From Clostridia bacterium (GTDB lineage: Bacteria > Bacillota > Clostridia > Christensenellales > Aristaeellaceae), in the NCBI GenBank assembly GCA_017936765.1, contig JAGBEX010000033.1, positions 13,040 through 77,039 on the forward strand: a DNA stretch of 64,000 nucleotides, in the 5' to 3' direction. The notes under the pieces were generated by a model, which made no database searches, was not told the origin of the DNA, and saw nothing but the letters and a program-made list of their open reading frames with translations. Positions 1 through 10,986 of this stretch are shown here, piece after piece. How positions within the stretch are numbered: the first letter of the stretch is position 1; each line of letters starts with the position of its first letter. The translations under genes were made by a program, and so were the position numbers.

Positions 1-1053
1 CAGAAGCCGCTGGGAACGAGCCAGGAGCCGCGCTATGCTGCGCCCCAGCCCAGGGGGTATCAGCAGCCGTATCAGGGGCAGGGGAGCTATGCTCCTCCCA
101 CGGGCGGACAAGCCTGGCAGGGCTATCCGCCCCAGCCCAGCGCAGCGCCTACGCCCAGCAATCCCTGGGCCACGGGGCCTGTGGATCCCTTTGAGGAACC
201 CTCGGAGGCGCCGGAGCTTCGCGATCAGCGCAGCGATCATCTGTACAACAAGGAGGATCGCTTCTGGGATCATGTGGAGGGCGCACAAAAGACCGACCGC
301 CACGGCAAGACCCAATCAAACCGCAAGGCGGAAAGCCACACCATGCGCTGGGTGATCCTGATCCTGGCGGTGCTGGTGGCGGTGGGTGGATTGGTATACG
401 GTGCGGTGTTCCAGGTGCGGGATATCACCGTGCAGGGCGGCGTGACCATCCCGGAGAAGGATATCATCGATCTTTCCGGCATCGCGGAGGGCATGAACAC
501 CTTCTCCATTGACGATGATCTGGTGGAGAAGAACATCGAGAGCAACCGCTACCTCTCCTTTGTTTGCGTGGACAAGCAGCTGCCGGACAAGGTGGTGATC
601 CAGGTGAAGGAGCGCATTCCTGCGGCGGCGGTGAAGTATTGCGGCATCCTGTACACCATGGACAACCGGGGCATGGTGCTGGAGGAATCCCTGGACACGG
701 AGACCGAAACCGGCCTGGTGCTGGTGAGCGGCATGGGCATCCACGACTGCCGGGTGGGGCAGGTGCTGAACCTGAACGACGCCAAGCAGATGCAGATCTT
801 CACCGAGATACTGGTGGAGCTGAAGGTGATGAGCGCCCTGAACAGGGTGAAGGAATTGGATCTGTCCAATATGGACAACCTATTCATCGTTTCTACCAAT
901 GGATTCACGGTGCGGCTGGGCACGGTGGACAACCTCCACGCCAAGCTGCGCTCCATGCTGCTGACGCTGGATCACCTGACCCGCGAGGGCTATGATGGCG
1001 GCACGGTGGACGTGAGCGCGCCGGTGAATCCCACCTATACGCCGGAAGGATGA
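1..1053 (+). CDS. ftsQ: FtsQ/DivIB-type cell division protein (open to window edge; true start uncertain)
   Basis: Frame 1 has no stop from nt 1 to the listed GTG at 181. It has a Q/P/Y-rich low-complexity N-terminus and one TM helix (MRWVILILAVLVAVGGLVYGAV, Met at 343). A POTRA-like FQVRDITVQG...IIDLSGI segment and an FtsQ-type domain follow. It lies directly upstream of ftsA-ftsZ. Confidence 0.7.
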   Translation, partial: QKPLGTSQEPRYAAPQPRGYQQPYQGQGSYAPPTGGQAWQGYPPQPSAAPTPSNPWATGPVDPFEEPSEAPELRDQRSDHLYNKEDRFWDHVEGAQKTDRHGKTQSNRKAESHTMRWVILILAVLVAVGGLVYGAVFQVRDITVQGGVTIPEKDIIDLSGIAEGMNTFSIDDDLVEKNIESNRYLSFVCVDKQLPDKVVIQVKERIPAAAVKYCGILYTMDNRGMVLEESLDTETETGLVLVSGMGIHDCRVGQVLNLNDAKQMQIFTEILVELKVMSALNRVKELDLSNMDNLFIVSTNGFTVRLGTVDNLHAKLRSMLLTLDHLTREGYDGGTVDVSAPVNPTYTPEG

Positions 1054-1114
1054 CAAATTTTACAATTTTGCATCGAAAAATGTAAGATTCTTGTACCTTC
1101 GGGCTGGAAAACAC

Positions 1115-1143
1115 TTGCATTCGCGGCGAAAAGCGATTATAAT
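1115..1143 (+). promoter_or_regulatory. Sigma-70-type promoter for ftsA-ftsZ (TTGCAT-17 nt-TATAAT)
   Basis: TTGCAT at 1115-1120 and TATAAT at 1138-1143 with a 17-nt spacer, about 130 nt upstream of the ftsA start. Confidence 0.5.
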
Positions 1144-1276
1144 AGACAATGGTATATTGGATAAGTGGTAGTGTGCCTGTGAGCAGTTGTCTCATTTCAG
1201 GCGCGTTGCAGAAAGTTCATCCTGCGGATGCCGGGAGAGGTTCCCTGCCGCGGAAAACAGGGGGTATGAGAGACCT

Positions 1277-2473
1277 ATGAAGACCACGGTAGCGGCCATC
1301 GATTTCGGGACGAGCAAGATCGTCACCCTGGTCGCAGAAAACAGCGGTAGTCAACGCTGCGACATCGTGGGCGCAGGCATTGCGGCCTATGATGGATACC
1401 TGGAGGAAGGCTGGAATAACCCTGGCGAACTGGATGAGAAGATCCGTCAGTCCATCAGCGAGGCAGAAAAGCAGAGCCATCGCAAGCTCCGCGAGATCAA
1501 TGTGGGCGTGCCTGGCGCGTTCACCAAGGTCTACGCCACTGAGGCTCGCGTGTCCCTCAAGGGACCGGACCCCCGTGTGTCCGCCTCCGACGTGAAGGCC
1601 ATCTTCCGTGCCGCCACGGAAAACCTGGGTTCCCTGCCCGGTATCGTGGTGCATTCCAGCCCCGCCTGGTTTATGGTGGATGATGGCAAAAAGACCCTGG
1701 AGCCTGTGGGCATGAAGGGTCGCGAGCTGAGCGCTCTGATCTCCTTTGTGGTGGCCAACCAGTTCTTTGTGGACGAGGTGAACAACCGCCTGGCGGAGAT
1801 CGGCGTGACGGCCAACGGGTTCTACTCCACCCCCGCGGGCGAGGCCATGCTTTACCTGCCGGAGGAGGATCGCGACCGCACGGCGGTGCTGATCGACATG
1901 GGCTACCTGAACACCGAGGTCATGGCTGTGGAGGGCGACGCGCTCATCTTCCACAAGACCATCGAGATCGGCGGCGGCAACATTGCGGCTGACCTGGCCA
2001 TCGGCCTGGACATCCCGCTGAAGGACGCCGAGGAGAAGATCAAGCGCCAGTATGTATACGGCATCGGCGCTGCGGGCGAGACCTATGACCTGCCCGGTGT
2101 GGACGGCCAGAAGCCCCGCTCCTTTACCCGCGACGAGGTGACCGAGATCATCACCGCCCGGGTGGATGAGATCGCCGAGGAGATCCAGGCGGCCATTGAC
2201 GACAGCGGCATCAAGCTGGGCAACTGGTCCAACATCTACCTCACCGGCGGCGGACTGAGCTTCAACCGCGGCGGCAAGGACTACCTGTCCAACAAGCTGG
2301 GTCGCCCGGTGCGCGACGTTCCCAAGCGCACCACCAAGATGAACAGCCATGCTTACTCCAGCACGCTGGGTCTGATGGACTTGATCATCGATACCATTGA
2401 ACAGCAACACCAGCCGTCCGCTGGCTTTGGCGGCGCGGTGAAGGATTTCTTCCGCAGTCTGCTGGGCGGCTGA
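1277..2473 (+). CDS. ftsA: Cell division protein FtsA
   Basis: Actin-fold N-terminus MKTTVAAIDFGTSKIV. It has a C-terminal amphipathic tail AVKDFFRSLLGG and sits immediately before ftsZ. ATG at 1277 is Met31 of the listed ORF. Confidence 0.9.
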   Translation: MKTTVAAIDFGTSKIVTLVAENSGSQRCDIVGAGIAAYDGYLEEGWNNPGELDEKIRQSISEAEKQSHRKLREINVGVPGAFTKVYATEARVSLKGPDPRVSASDVKAIFRAATENLGSLPGIVVHSSPAWFMVDDGKKTLEPVGMKGRELSALISFVVANQFFVDEVNNRLAEIGVTANGFYSTPAGEAMLYLPEEDRDRTAVLIDMGYLNTEVMAVEGDALIFHKTIEIGGGNIAADLAIGLDIPLKDAEEKIKRQYVYGIGAAGETYDLPGVDGQKPRSFTRDEVTEIITARVDEIAEEIQAAIDDSGIKLGNWSNIYLTGGGLSFNRGGKDYLSNKLGRPVRDVPKRTTKMNSHAYSSTLGLMDLIIDTIEQQHQPSAGFGGAVKDFFRSLLGG

Positions 2474-2526
2474 TGAATCAGCGCGGCAAGGCCGGATCAA
2501 TGTGAATTATGTCAGGAGGATGCAAA

Positions 2527-3981
<1,455 letters not shown>

Positions 3982-4055
3982 GGTGGCAGTGTCCACACCC
4001 ATTTCCGACGGACGGGTGCGTGGCCGGGGGTGACTTCCCCCAGATTACATGATTT

Positions 4056-4083
4056 AAGGGAGAGCATTGCGCTCTCCCTTTTG
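4056..4083. terminator. Hairpin between convergent ftsZ and PBP1A genes
   Basis: aagggagagc-attgc-gctctccctt followed by ttg; it abuts the PBP1A stop codon at 4084. Confidence 0.55.
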
Positions 4084-6480
4084 CTATTTGCTGAAGATGG
4101 AAGCGGGTCGGTCGTCCTCGTCCTCCTCATCTTCGCGGCCGAAGAGGTTCTTCAGCCAGCCGGTCAGGGTGCCTCCGCTGTCCTTCACCCGGGCGACCTG
4201 CACGCTTTGCAGGCCTTCCAGCAGCACGCCGTTGTCCAACAGCTCCGCGTGGACGGGGATCACCCGGTAGGTGTAGGTCACGCCGGGGCGGGCCTTGCTG
4301 TCGGTGAAATAGAGGGTCTGGCCGGGGGTGCCGCGCAGCTCGGTGAGGATGAAGCTCTCGCCGATGGCGTCCCGCTGGACGCGATAGACGGCGGCGCTGG
4401 CAGGTTCGATGACCAGCACGGGCTGGCCTGCATCATTGTGAGTGACGTAGAAGGACTTGGCCGAGGGCGGCGCAGTCCACACGTCGCTCTTTTTGGTGGG
4501 CTGGTTGGCGGCGGTGAACAGCTCGCTGGTGCGGTAGGCCTTGGGGGTGAGGGAGGTGGCCAGCATAACTTCGCCCTTCCACTCGATGGCTTTCTTGTCG
4601 ATCTCCACCGACACGATGCCGCTGGGGCGGGAGAAGTCCGGCGTGGACTTCCCGGCGTACCAGGCCTTGAGAAAGTTGCGGGCCAGGGTGGCGGGATTGG
4701 TGCCGCCGCTGACGCTGTTGGACAGGCGGTGGGCGCTGTCCGGCTGGTCAAAGCCCATCCACACGGCGGTGGACAGCTCCGGGGTGTAGGCGTTCATCCA
4801 GGCGTCCCGGTTGCCGCCGCCGGTCATGTTCACGGTGCCGGTCTTGCCAGCCACGGGGGTTCCGGCGCTGTTCAGCCGGGTGCCGGTGCCGGAGGTGACC
4901 ACGGTCTTCAGCAGGCTGGTCATCAGGTAGGCATTCTGGGCAGACAGCACACGGGTGCCGCTGTCCTGGTGCTGGTAGACCACCTTGCCGCTCTGGTCGG
5001 TGATGCGCTCGATGAAGTAGGGCGCGTAGTAGGTGCCGCCGTTGGCAAAGGGGATGTAGGCGGCGGCCATCTGCACGGGGGAGGTGCCGTAGGTCATGCT
5101 GCCCAGCGCCAGGGACAGGTTCCAGTCCCGGTCGTCCAGGGGGATGCCCACGCTTTGCAGGTAGCGGCGGCAGCTTTCTACGCCCACGGCCTGCATCACC
5201 TTCACGGCGGGAATGTTGAGGCTGTTCTTCAGCGCCTGCCGCACGGTGACGTAGCCATAGTAGGCGTTGCCTGCGTTCTTGGGCTTGTAGCCGTTGAAAT
5301 TGGTGGGTTCGTCCAGCACGGCGGAGGCAGTGGTCCATCCGGCGTATTCCATGGCGGGGGCGTACACGGCCAGGGGCTTCAGGGCGGAGCCGGGCTGGCG
5401 GCGCAGCTGGGTGGCACGGTTCAGGCCCCGGCGGGTGGTGTATTCCCGTCCGCCCACAATGGCGCGGACAGCGCCTGTTTTGGTGTCCACGCAGGCGGCA
5501 GCAGACTGCACAGGGGTGCCGTCCTTGGCGTTGGCGGGGAAGATGTCCTTGGTGTACTGCTCGTCCAGGACGGACTGCATGGCCCGATCCAGCGTGGTAT
5601 CGATGCGGTAGCCCCCGGCCAGCAGGGTCTCGGCAGAAACGTCCAGCTGCAGCTCGGCCTCGTCCAGCACCGCATCCACAAACCAGCCATAGGCGGTGGC
5701 GGCGGCGGTGCTTTCCTCTGCGGTGATGGCCTCCTGCATGGCGGCATCGTATTCCTGCTGGGTGAGCATCCCCTCCTGGTGCATCACGCCCAGGATGTAG
5801 CTTCGGCGGTCGGCGTTGGCCTGGGGCGCGGTCTGGATGCTGTAAGCAGAGGGTGCTTTGATGGCGGCGGCCAGGGTGGCAGCCTGGGCAGGGGTAAGAT
5901 CCTTTGCATCCACGCCGAAGGTGACCTGGGCGGCGGCCTGAATGCCATAGGCACCCTGGCCGAAATAGATGTAGTTCAGGTACATTTCCAGGATCTCGTC
6001 CTTCTCAAACTGCTGCTCCAGTTGCAGGGCGAGGTAGATTTCCTCCAGCTTGCGGGCGATGGTCTTCTGGCTGGAGAGGTGGGAGAGCTTGACCAGCTGC
6101 TGGGTGATGGTGCTGGCACCCTGGCTGTAGGCTCCTGAGCGCAGGTTGCTGACCACAGCGCCCAGGATGCGGGTGATGTCAAAGCCTGGATGCTTGTAGA
6201 AGCGCAGATCCTCGGCGGCCAGAAAGGCGTCCACTACATGGCGGGGCAGGTCGTCCATGTCGATGACGGTGCGGTTCTCCGTACCCACCAGGGTGGTGAC
6301 GTAGGCACCGTCCTTATCATAAATGGCGCCGGTCTGCGCCAGGTTGGTGAGCTTGTTCACGTCCAGGGTCTGCCAGGAGGGGACGTCGAAATAGACATAG
6401 GCGAAGCTGCCCAACGCCAAAACGGCCACGATGGCCACAATGAGAATGATCCGCTTGACGATTTGTTTTTTGCTTTGCAT
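4084..6480 (-). CDS. Class A penicillin-binding protein (PBP1A-type transglycosylase/transpeptidase)
   Basis: N-terminal TM helix. GT51 motifs EDLRFYKHPGFD and RKLEE; transpeptidase motifs SALK (SxxK), SLN and KTGT. SD AGGAGGG precedes ATG at 6480 (Met35 of the listed ORF). The C-terminal tail is acidic (EDEEDEDD). Confidence 0.9.
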   Translation of the reverse strand: MQSKKQIVKRIILIVAIVAVLALGSFAYVYFDVPSWQTLDVNKLTNLAQTGAIYDKDGAYVTTLVGTENRTVIDMDDLPRHVVDAFLAAEDLRFYKHPGFDITRILGAVVSNLRSGAYSQGASTITQQLVKLSHLSSQKTIARKLEEIYLALQLEQQFEKDEILEMYLNYIYFGQGAYGIQAAAQVTFGVDAKDLTPAQAATLAAAIKAPSAYSIQTAPQANADRRSYILGVMHQEGMLTQQEYDAAMQEAITAEESTAAATAYGWFVDAVLDEAELQLDVSAETLLAGGYRIDTTLDRAMQSVLDEQYTKDIFPANAKDGTPVQSAAACVDTKTGAVRAIVGGREYTTRRGLNRATQLRRQPGSALKPLAVYAPAMEYAGWTTASAVLDEPTNFNGYKPKNAGNAYYGYVTVRQALKNSLNIPAVKVMQAVGVESCRRYLQSVGIPLDDRDWNLSLALGSMTYGTSPVQMAAAYIPFANGGTYYAPYFIERITDQSGKVVYQHQDSGTRVLSAQNAYLMTSLLKTVVTSGTGTRLNSAGTPVAGKTGTVNMTGGGNRDAWMNAYTPELSTAVWMGFDQPDSAHRLSNSVSGGTNPATLARNFLKAWYAGKSTPDFSRPSGIVSVEIDKKAIEWKGEVMLATSLTPKAYRTSELFTAANQPTKKSDVWTAPPSAKSFYVTHNDAGQPVLVIEPASAAVYRVQRDAIGESFILTELRGTPGQTLYFTDSKARPGVTYTYRVIPVHAELLDNGVLLEGLQSVQVARVKDSGGTLTGWLKNLFGREDEEDEDDRPASIFSK

Positions 6481-6589
6481 GGCCATCCCTCCTGCGGGGT
6501 AGTATGTCCGGCGGTGGGTTGGGTGTGCCATGCATTTGCTGGTGGGGGAGGAAAATTTGCTCAGGTGGGAGAGAAGCTGCAAAATGGAC

Positions 6590-6618
6590 TGGTCAAAAGG
6601 TGAAAAGTGGGCTATAAT
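6590..6618 (+). promoter_or_regulatory. Candidate promoter (TGGTCA-17-TATAAT) for the solute-binding protein gene
   Basis: TATAAT at 6613-6618 with a weak -35 at 6590-6595; SD AAGGAGG follows before ATG 6651. Confidence 0.35.
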
Positions 6619-6650
6619 ATATAAAATACCTTGACCAAGGAGGAAACACC

Positions 6651-8138
6651 ATGCGCAAAGGAATTGCCTGCCTGCTGGCGTTGGCGATGCTGCTTATCAC
6701 CTTTGGCGCAGCCGCGGAAGGCCGCTATACCATGGCCGGATTCGACGGAGACGGCGCTAATCACGACTGGACGACCAATCTTTTCTTTGAACGGATGGAG
6801 GAAAAGACCGGCGTCAGCTTTGAATTTTATCAGGTGACGGATTATAACACCTGGCTGACCACCAAGGCCTCCTATGCCAATGGGGCGGATATGCCCGACG
6901 TGCTGTTCAAGGCTGGGCTGAACACCCAGGAGATGCAGGAATGGCTGGCGGCGGGGAAGATCATTGACCTCAAGCCTTATCTGGAGGAATATGCCCCCAA
7001 CCTGACTGCCCTGCTCAAGGCCAATCCGGACTGGGAGAAGGCCATCACCCTGCCCACCGGGGAGATCCCTGCGCTGCCCTATATCAACGAGATCCAGAAC
7101 AACAACGCCATGTGGATCAACCGGCAATGGCTGGACAACCTGAAGCTCTCCATGCCTACCACCGCCCAGGAGCTGACGGAGGTGCTGCGTGCCTTTAAGA
7201 CCCGCGACCCCAATGGCAACGGCGACAACGACGAAACGCCCCTGACCTTCCTGACCATGTGGGATCTGAAATTCTTGGGTCATGCCTTTGGTCTGGTGGC
7301 CAACGACTACAACATTTATGGGGACGAAACCGGCAAGGTGCAGACCACGCTGAACACCGCTGCCAACCGGGAATTCCTCACCTGGCTGAATCAGCTGTGG
7401 GAGGAAGAACTGCTGGATCACCACGGCTTCAGCAGCGCGGACACCCTGCGCGCCATTACCGACGAGGATGCGCCCATCACCTATGGCGTGATGCTGGCCC
7501 CCACGCCCCTGACGCTGATCCCGGGGGAGGCTGTGGATCAGTATGAGCTGCTGATGCCCATGGCATACCAGGGCAAGCAGGTTTATCGCGACATGAATGG
7601 CGACCTGGTGCGCGGCACCTTTGCCATCAGCGCTGGCTGCGAGAACCCTGCCGAGCTGATCAGCTGGGTGGACTACCTCTACACCGAGGAAGGCTGCCGC
7701 CTGGCACAGGCCGGTTTGGAGGACGTGGAGTATCAGCTGAATGGCGACGGCACCTGGAGCTGGATCCCCGACCTGACCACCGTGGCCAACCAGGTGATGG
7801 CGGAAAGCACCATTGCCGAAGGCGGTCTGATGCCCGGCCTGGCCTCTGTGGAGTTCCAGCGCAGCTATGATGAGGCACGCACCGCCCGCGCCATCAATGC
7901 GCTGCTGGGTCTGAAAGAGGTGTGCGTGGAACCCTATCCCCAGGTGTGGCTCACCGCCGAGCAGCAGGCTCGCGTGGCGGAGATCCAGCTGGAGCTGGGA
8001 CGCTATGCCGACCAGACCATGACCTGGTTTGTGACCGGGGAAAAGGAACTGACGGACGAAAACTGGGCTGAATTCTGCACCACCCTGGACGAAAAGGGCT
8101 TGCAGGAACTGATCAGCATTTTCCAAAACGCTCTGTAA
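6651..8138 (+). CDS. Extracellular solute-binding protein (family 1, carbohydrate ABC type), no adjacent permeases
   Basis: Signal peptide MRKGIACLLALAMLLITFGAAA. The length (495 aa) and sequence style match large sugar-binding SBPs. Strong SD. Confidence 0.75.
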   Translation: MRKGIACLLALAMLLITFGAAAEGRYTMAGFDGDGANHDWTTNLFFERMEEKTGVSFEFYQVTDYNTWLTTKASYANGADMPDVLFKAGLNTQEMQEWLAAGKIIDLKPYLEEYAPNLTALLKANPDWEKAITLPTGEIPALPYINEIQNNNAMWINRQWLDNLKLSMPTTAQELTEVLRAFKTRDPNGNGDNDETPLTFLTMWDLKFLGHAFGLVANDYNIYGDETGKVQTTLNTAANREFLTWLNQLWEEELLDHHGFSSADTLRAITDEDAPITYGVMLAPTPLTLIPGEAVDQYELLMPMAYQGKQVYRDMNGDLVRGTFAISAGCENPAELISWVDYLYTEEGCRLAQAGLEDVEYQLNGDGTWSWIPDLTTVANQVMAESTIAEGGLMPGLASVEFQRSYDEARTARAINALLGLKEVCVEPYPQVWLTAEQQARVAEIQLELGRYADQTMTWFVTGEKELTDENWAEFCTTLDEKGLQELISIFQNAL

Positions 8139-8163
8139 TGATCAAGTGAAGGAAGGCAGCAGC

Positions 8164-9450
8164 ATGAACCGCTATGCAAGCATGATCCGCAACCTGAAGA
8201 CCCCTGCCGTGATGGAACGGCTTTTGCACCTGTATGGCTCCCGTGATGGTATGCTGGTGGAGCAGACTGCCCGCTACACCGCGCTGCTGAAGAAGCACGA
8301 GGAATACTTCCATGTTGACCGCGATGTGCTGATGGTTTCTGCCCCCGGCCGCACGGAGATCGGCGGTAACCACACCGACCACAACAAGGGCAAGGTGCTG
8401 GCTGCCTCGGTCAACCTGGACACGCTGGCGGCGGTTTCTGCCCGCGAGGATCTGCTGGTGAACGTCCACAGCGATGGCTATCCGGCCATGACCATCGACC
8501 TTAGTGACCTTAGCAAGCATGACGAGGAAGAAGGTACCACCGCGGCGCTGATCCGTGGCGTGGCTTCCCGCATGAAGGAGCTGGGCTACAACATCGGCGG
8601 CTTTGACGCAGCCATCACTTCCACCGTGGCCTCCGGCAGCGGGCTGAGTTCCTCTGCGGCCTTTGAGGTGCTGGTGTGCGCTATTCTGGATGCGCTGTAC
8701 AACGGCTCTGTCATCGATGCCAAGACCCAGGCGAAGATCGGCCAGTATGCGGAGAACGTGTACTTTGGCAAGCCCAGCGGCCTGCTGGATCAGATGGCCA
8801 GCGCCAATGGCGGTCTGGTGTATGTGGACTTCAAGAATGAAGACCCCGATGTGCGCCCCATGGCCTATGATTTCGCCCAGAAGGGCTATGCCCTGGTGGT
8901 GGTGGCCACCGGTGGCAGCCATGACGACCTGACCGACGAATACGCCGCTATCCCTGCTGAAATGAAGCAGGTGGCTGCCTTCTTTGGCGAGGAGAACCTG
9001 CGCCGGGTGCGTCCGGAGGAGTTCGGCGCCAATGTGGCGGCCATCCGGGAAAAGACCTCCGACCGTGCCGTGCTGCGCGCCCTGCACTTCTTCAATGAAA
9101 ACGACCGCGTGGGCTGGCAGGTGGAAGCCCTGAAGAACGACGATGTGAACGAGTTCTTCAAGCATATCATTGCCAGCGGACGCTCCAGCTATATGTACCT
9201 GCAAAACGTCTACGCCCAGAAGCGCCCCCAGGAGCAGAGCCTGTCCGTGGCGCTGTCCCTGGCAGAATTCATGCTGGAAGGCAAGGGCGCCTGGCGCATC
9301 CATGGCGGCGGCTTTGCCGGCACCACCCTGAACTTCGTCCCCCAGCAGGAGCTGCCCCACTTCATCGAAACCATGGAAGCCGTCTTCGGCGTCCACAGCT
9401 GCCACATCCTCGACATCCGCCCCGAAGGCGCTGCGGTGATCCGGCTGTGA
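8164..9450 (+). CDS. galK: Galactokinase (GHMP kinase family)
   Basis: PGRTEIGGNHTDHNKGKVL matches the galactokinase signature region, and GSGLSSSAAFEV is the GHMP motif. SD GAAGGAAGG lies 7 nt before ATG 8164. Confidence 0.8.
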   Translation: MNRYASMIRNLKTPAVMERLLHLYGSRDGMLVEQTARYTALLKKHEEYFHVDRDVLMVSAPGRTEIGGNHTDHNKGKVLAASVNLDTLAAVSAREDLLVNVHSDGYPAMTIDLSDLSKHDEEEGTTAALIRGVASRMKELGYNIGGFDAAITSTVASGSGLSSSAAFEVLVCAILDALYNGSVIDAKTQAKIGQYAENVYFGKPSGLLDQMASANGGLVYVDFKNEDPDVRPMAYDFAQKGYALVVVATGGSHDDLTDEYAAIPAEMKQVAAFFGEENLRRVRPEEFGANVAAIREKTSDRAVLRALHFFNENDRVGWQVEALKNDDVNEFFKHIIASGRSSYMYLQNVYAQKRPQEQSLSVALSLAEFMLEGKGAWRIHGGGFAGTTLNFVPQQELPHFIETMEAVFGVHSCHILDIRPEGAAVIRL

Positions 9451-9680
9451 CCAGGGGCTTTGCCCCTGGACCCCACTAGAGGGCGCTGCCCTCTGGACTC
9501 CCGCGAAGGGACTTCGTCCCTTTCGAAACCCACTTTCAGGTGTTGGAAGTGGGTTTTCCCTTTGCGGGGGTCACGGCGCGAATACGGTCGCGCCGCGACG
9601 CGGAGGAAAGCGGCCAAAAGCCTCCCTTGTGTAAAGGGAGGTGTCTGAGCGGAGCGAGGACGGAGGGATTGAGCGCTGCT
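9451..9680. repeat. Mosaic hairpin-module intergenic repeat, copy D (inverted relative to copies A-C)
   Basis: A chain of short GC-rich hairpins, e.g. ccagggg-cttt-gcccctgg at 9451-9469 and agagggc-gct-gccctct near 9478-9494. Others are ggcgcga-atacgg-tcgcgcc at 9575-9594 and cctccctt-gtgta-aagggagg. 9567-9601 is the reverse complement of the gcgtcgcgg-hairpin-cgtgacccc module of copies A-C. Confidence 0.8.
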
Positions 9681-9738
9681 TGCATCATTGTGCCGCAGCC
9701 TTCAGCATCCGTTGGGGTGTGCGGACGCTGCGCGGGTA

Positions 9739-9767
9739 TTGACAGGCTTGTGTCAATGTGCTATCAT
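9739..9767 (+). promoter_or_regulatory. Promoter TTGACA-17-TATCAT for the FMN riboswitch-ribU unit
   Basis: TTGACA at 9739-9744 and TATCAT at 9762-9767 with a 17-nt spacer. Confidence 0.55.
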
Positions 9768-9784
9768 CAAAACGTAAATTGCAT

Positions 9785-9986
9785 AGCCACTTGAAGCTTC
9801 TTCGGGGAAGGGTGAAAATCCCTACCGGCGGTATAGCCCGCGAACCAGAGCAGCGCTCTGGCCGATCCCGGTGTGATTCCGGAGCCGACAGTATAGTCTG
9901 GATGAGAGAAGGAAGCAGGCGCACTTGTTTTGGCGAGTGCCTCCGCCCCTGATAAGCGATCTGGCTTCAGGGGCGTGCGCATTTTT
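9785..9986 (+). promoter_or_regulatory. FMN riboswitch (RFN element) with terminator-type expression platform
   Basis: Near-consensus RFN core: cttcggggaagggtgaaaatccctaccggcggtatagcccgcgaacc ... ccggtgtgattccggagccgacagtatagtctggatgagagaaggaag. Then gcgcac(9919-9924)...gtgcgc(9975-9980), enclosing cccctga...tcagggg and followed by attttt. The downstream gene is an ECF S component. Confidence 0.9.
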
Positions 9987-10000
9987 AAGGAGGCTTTGCT

Positions 10001-10525
10001 ATGAAGAAACTTTCCACCCAACACATGACCCGTATCGCCGTGCTGGCCGCGCTGGCCGCCATCCTGTTCATGATCGAGATCCCCATTGTGTCCTTCTACA
10101 AGCTGGACTTCAGCAACCTGCCGGTACTGCTGGGCGGCTTTTCCATGGGCACGGTGCCTGCGGTGCTGATCCTGGGCGTAAAGAGCCTGCTGGGGCTTTT
10201 GCACTCCTCCACCGGCGGCGTGGGCGAGCTGGCGGACTTCATCATGGGCGCGGCGTTTGTGATCCCTGCGGCGCTGATCTATGGCCGCAAGAAAAGCCGC
10301 AAGAATGCCCTGCTGGGCATGATCGTCGGCACGGTGGTGATGATCGTGGCAGCGGCGGTGGTAAACTACGCCATCCTGTTCCCCATGCTCACCAAGAGCT
10401 ATCCCAGCTTTGAATTCATCCTCACGGTGACCACGCCCTTCAACCTGCTCAAGGGTGTGGTGCTGAGCGTGGTGACCTATCTGGTTTACAAGCCCCTGTC
10501 CCCGCTGCTGCACGTGAAGAAATAA
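10001..10525 (+). CDS. ribU: ECF-transporter S component, riboflavin-specific (RibU-type)
   Basis: A 174-aa polytopic membrane protein (MKKLSTQHMTRIAVLAALAAILFMIEIP...) directly downstream of the FMN riboswitch. Confidence 0.8.
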   Translation: MKKLSTQHMTRIAVLAALAAILFMIEIPIVSFYKLDFSNLPVLLGGFSMGTVPAVLILGVKSLLGLLHSSTGGVGELADFIMGAAFVIPAALIYGRKKSRKNALLGMIVGTVVMIVAAAVVNYAILFPMLTKSYPSFEFILTVTTPFNLLKGVVLSVVTYLVYKPLSPLLHVKK

Positions 10526-10536
10526 GGAGTTACACC

Positions 10537-10986
10537 ATGCGAAGCAATTCTCCCGCCCAGACTCAGGCCATTGGCAGGCAGCTGGCTGAAAAGCTGCAAG
10601 CTGGCGATGTGCTGCTGATGCTGGGCGACCTGGGTGCCGGTAAAAGCGAATTGACCCGCGGCATTGCCAAGGGTCTGGGCGTGACGGCCACCGTGGCCAG
10701 CCCCAGCTTTACCATCCTGAATGTGTACGACGAAGGCCGCGTGCCGCTGTATCATTTCGACTGGTATCGCCTGAGCGACGTGGAGGAACTCTACGAGATG
10801 GGCATGGACGAATACCTGGGCGGCGACGGCGTGGCGGTGGTGGAATGGCCCACCCAATGCCCGGAGGCCATTCCGGAGAGCTACCTGGAAGTGAAGATTG
10901 CCCCGCTGAGCGACACGGAGCGGGAGATCACCCTGACACCCTGCGGCGAGTTCCGCAGGATCGACCTGGAGGCGAATGACGAATGA
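10537..10986 (+). CDS. tsaE: tRNA t6A biosynthesis ATPase TsaE
   Basis: GDLGAGKSELTRGIAKGLGV P-loop and ...LYHFDWYRL motif; followed by tsaB and rimI, the conserved trio. Confidence 0.9.
   Translation: MRSNSPAQTQAIGRQLAEKLQAGDVLLMLGDLGAGKSELTRGIAKGLGVTATVASPSFTILNVYDEGRVPLYHFDWYRLSDVEELYEMGMDEYLGGDGVAVVEWPTQCPEAIPESYLEVKIAPLSDTEREITLTPCGEFRRIDLEANDE

Noticed and set aside
4030-6138. 702-aa plus-strand ORF
   Set aside because: It is antisense to the well-supported PBP1A gene, has a G/A/V/L-rich low-information sequence and has no SD.
9460-9794. Small ORFs inside repeat copies (e.g. 9460-9648, 16312-16518, 16380-16619, 18720-19118, 43099-43305, 43214-43486)
   Set aside because: No reading frame is conserved between repeat copies. 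Copies occur in both orientations, and the sequences are chains of palindromes. These are repeats, not genes.
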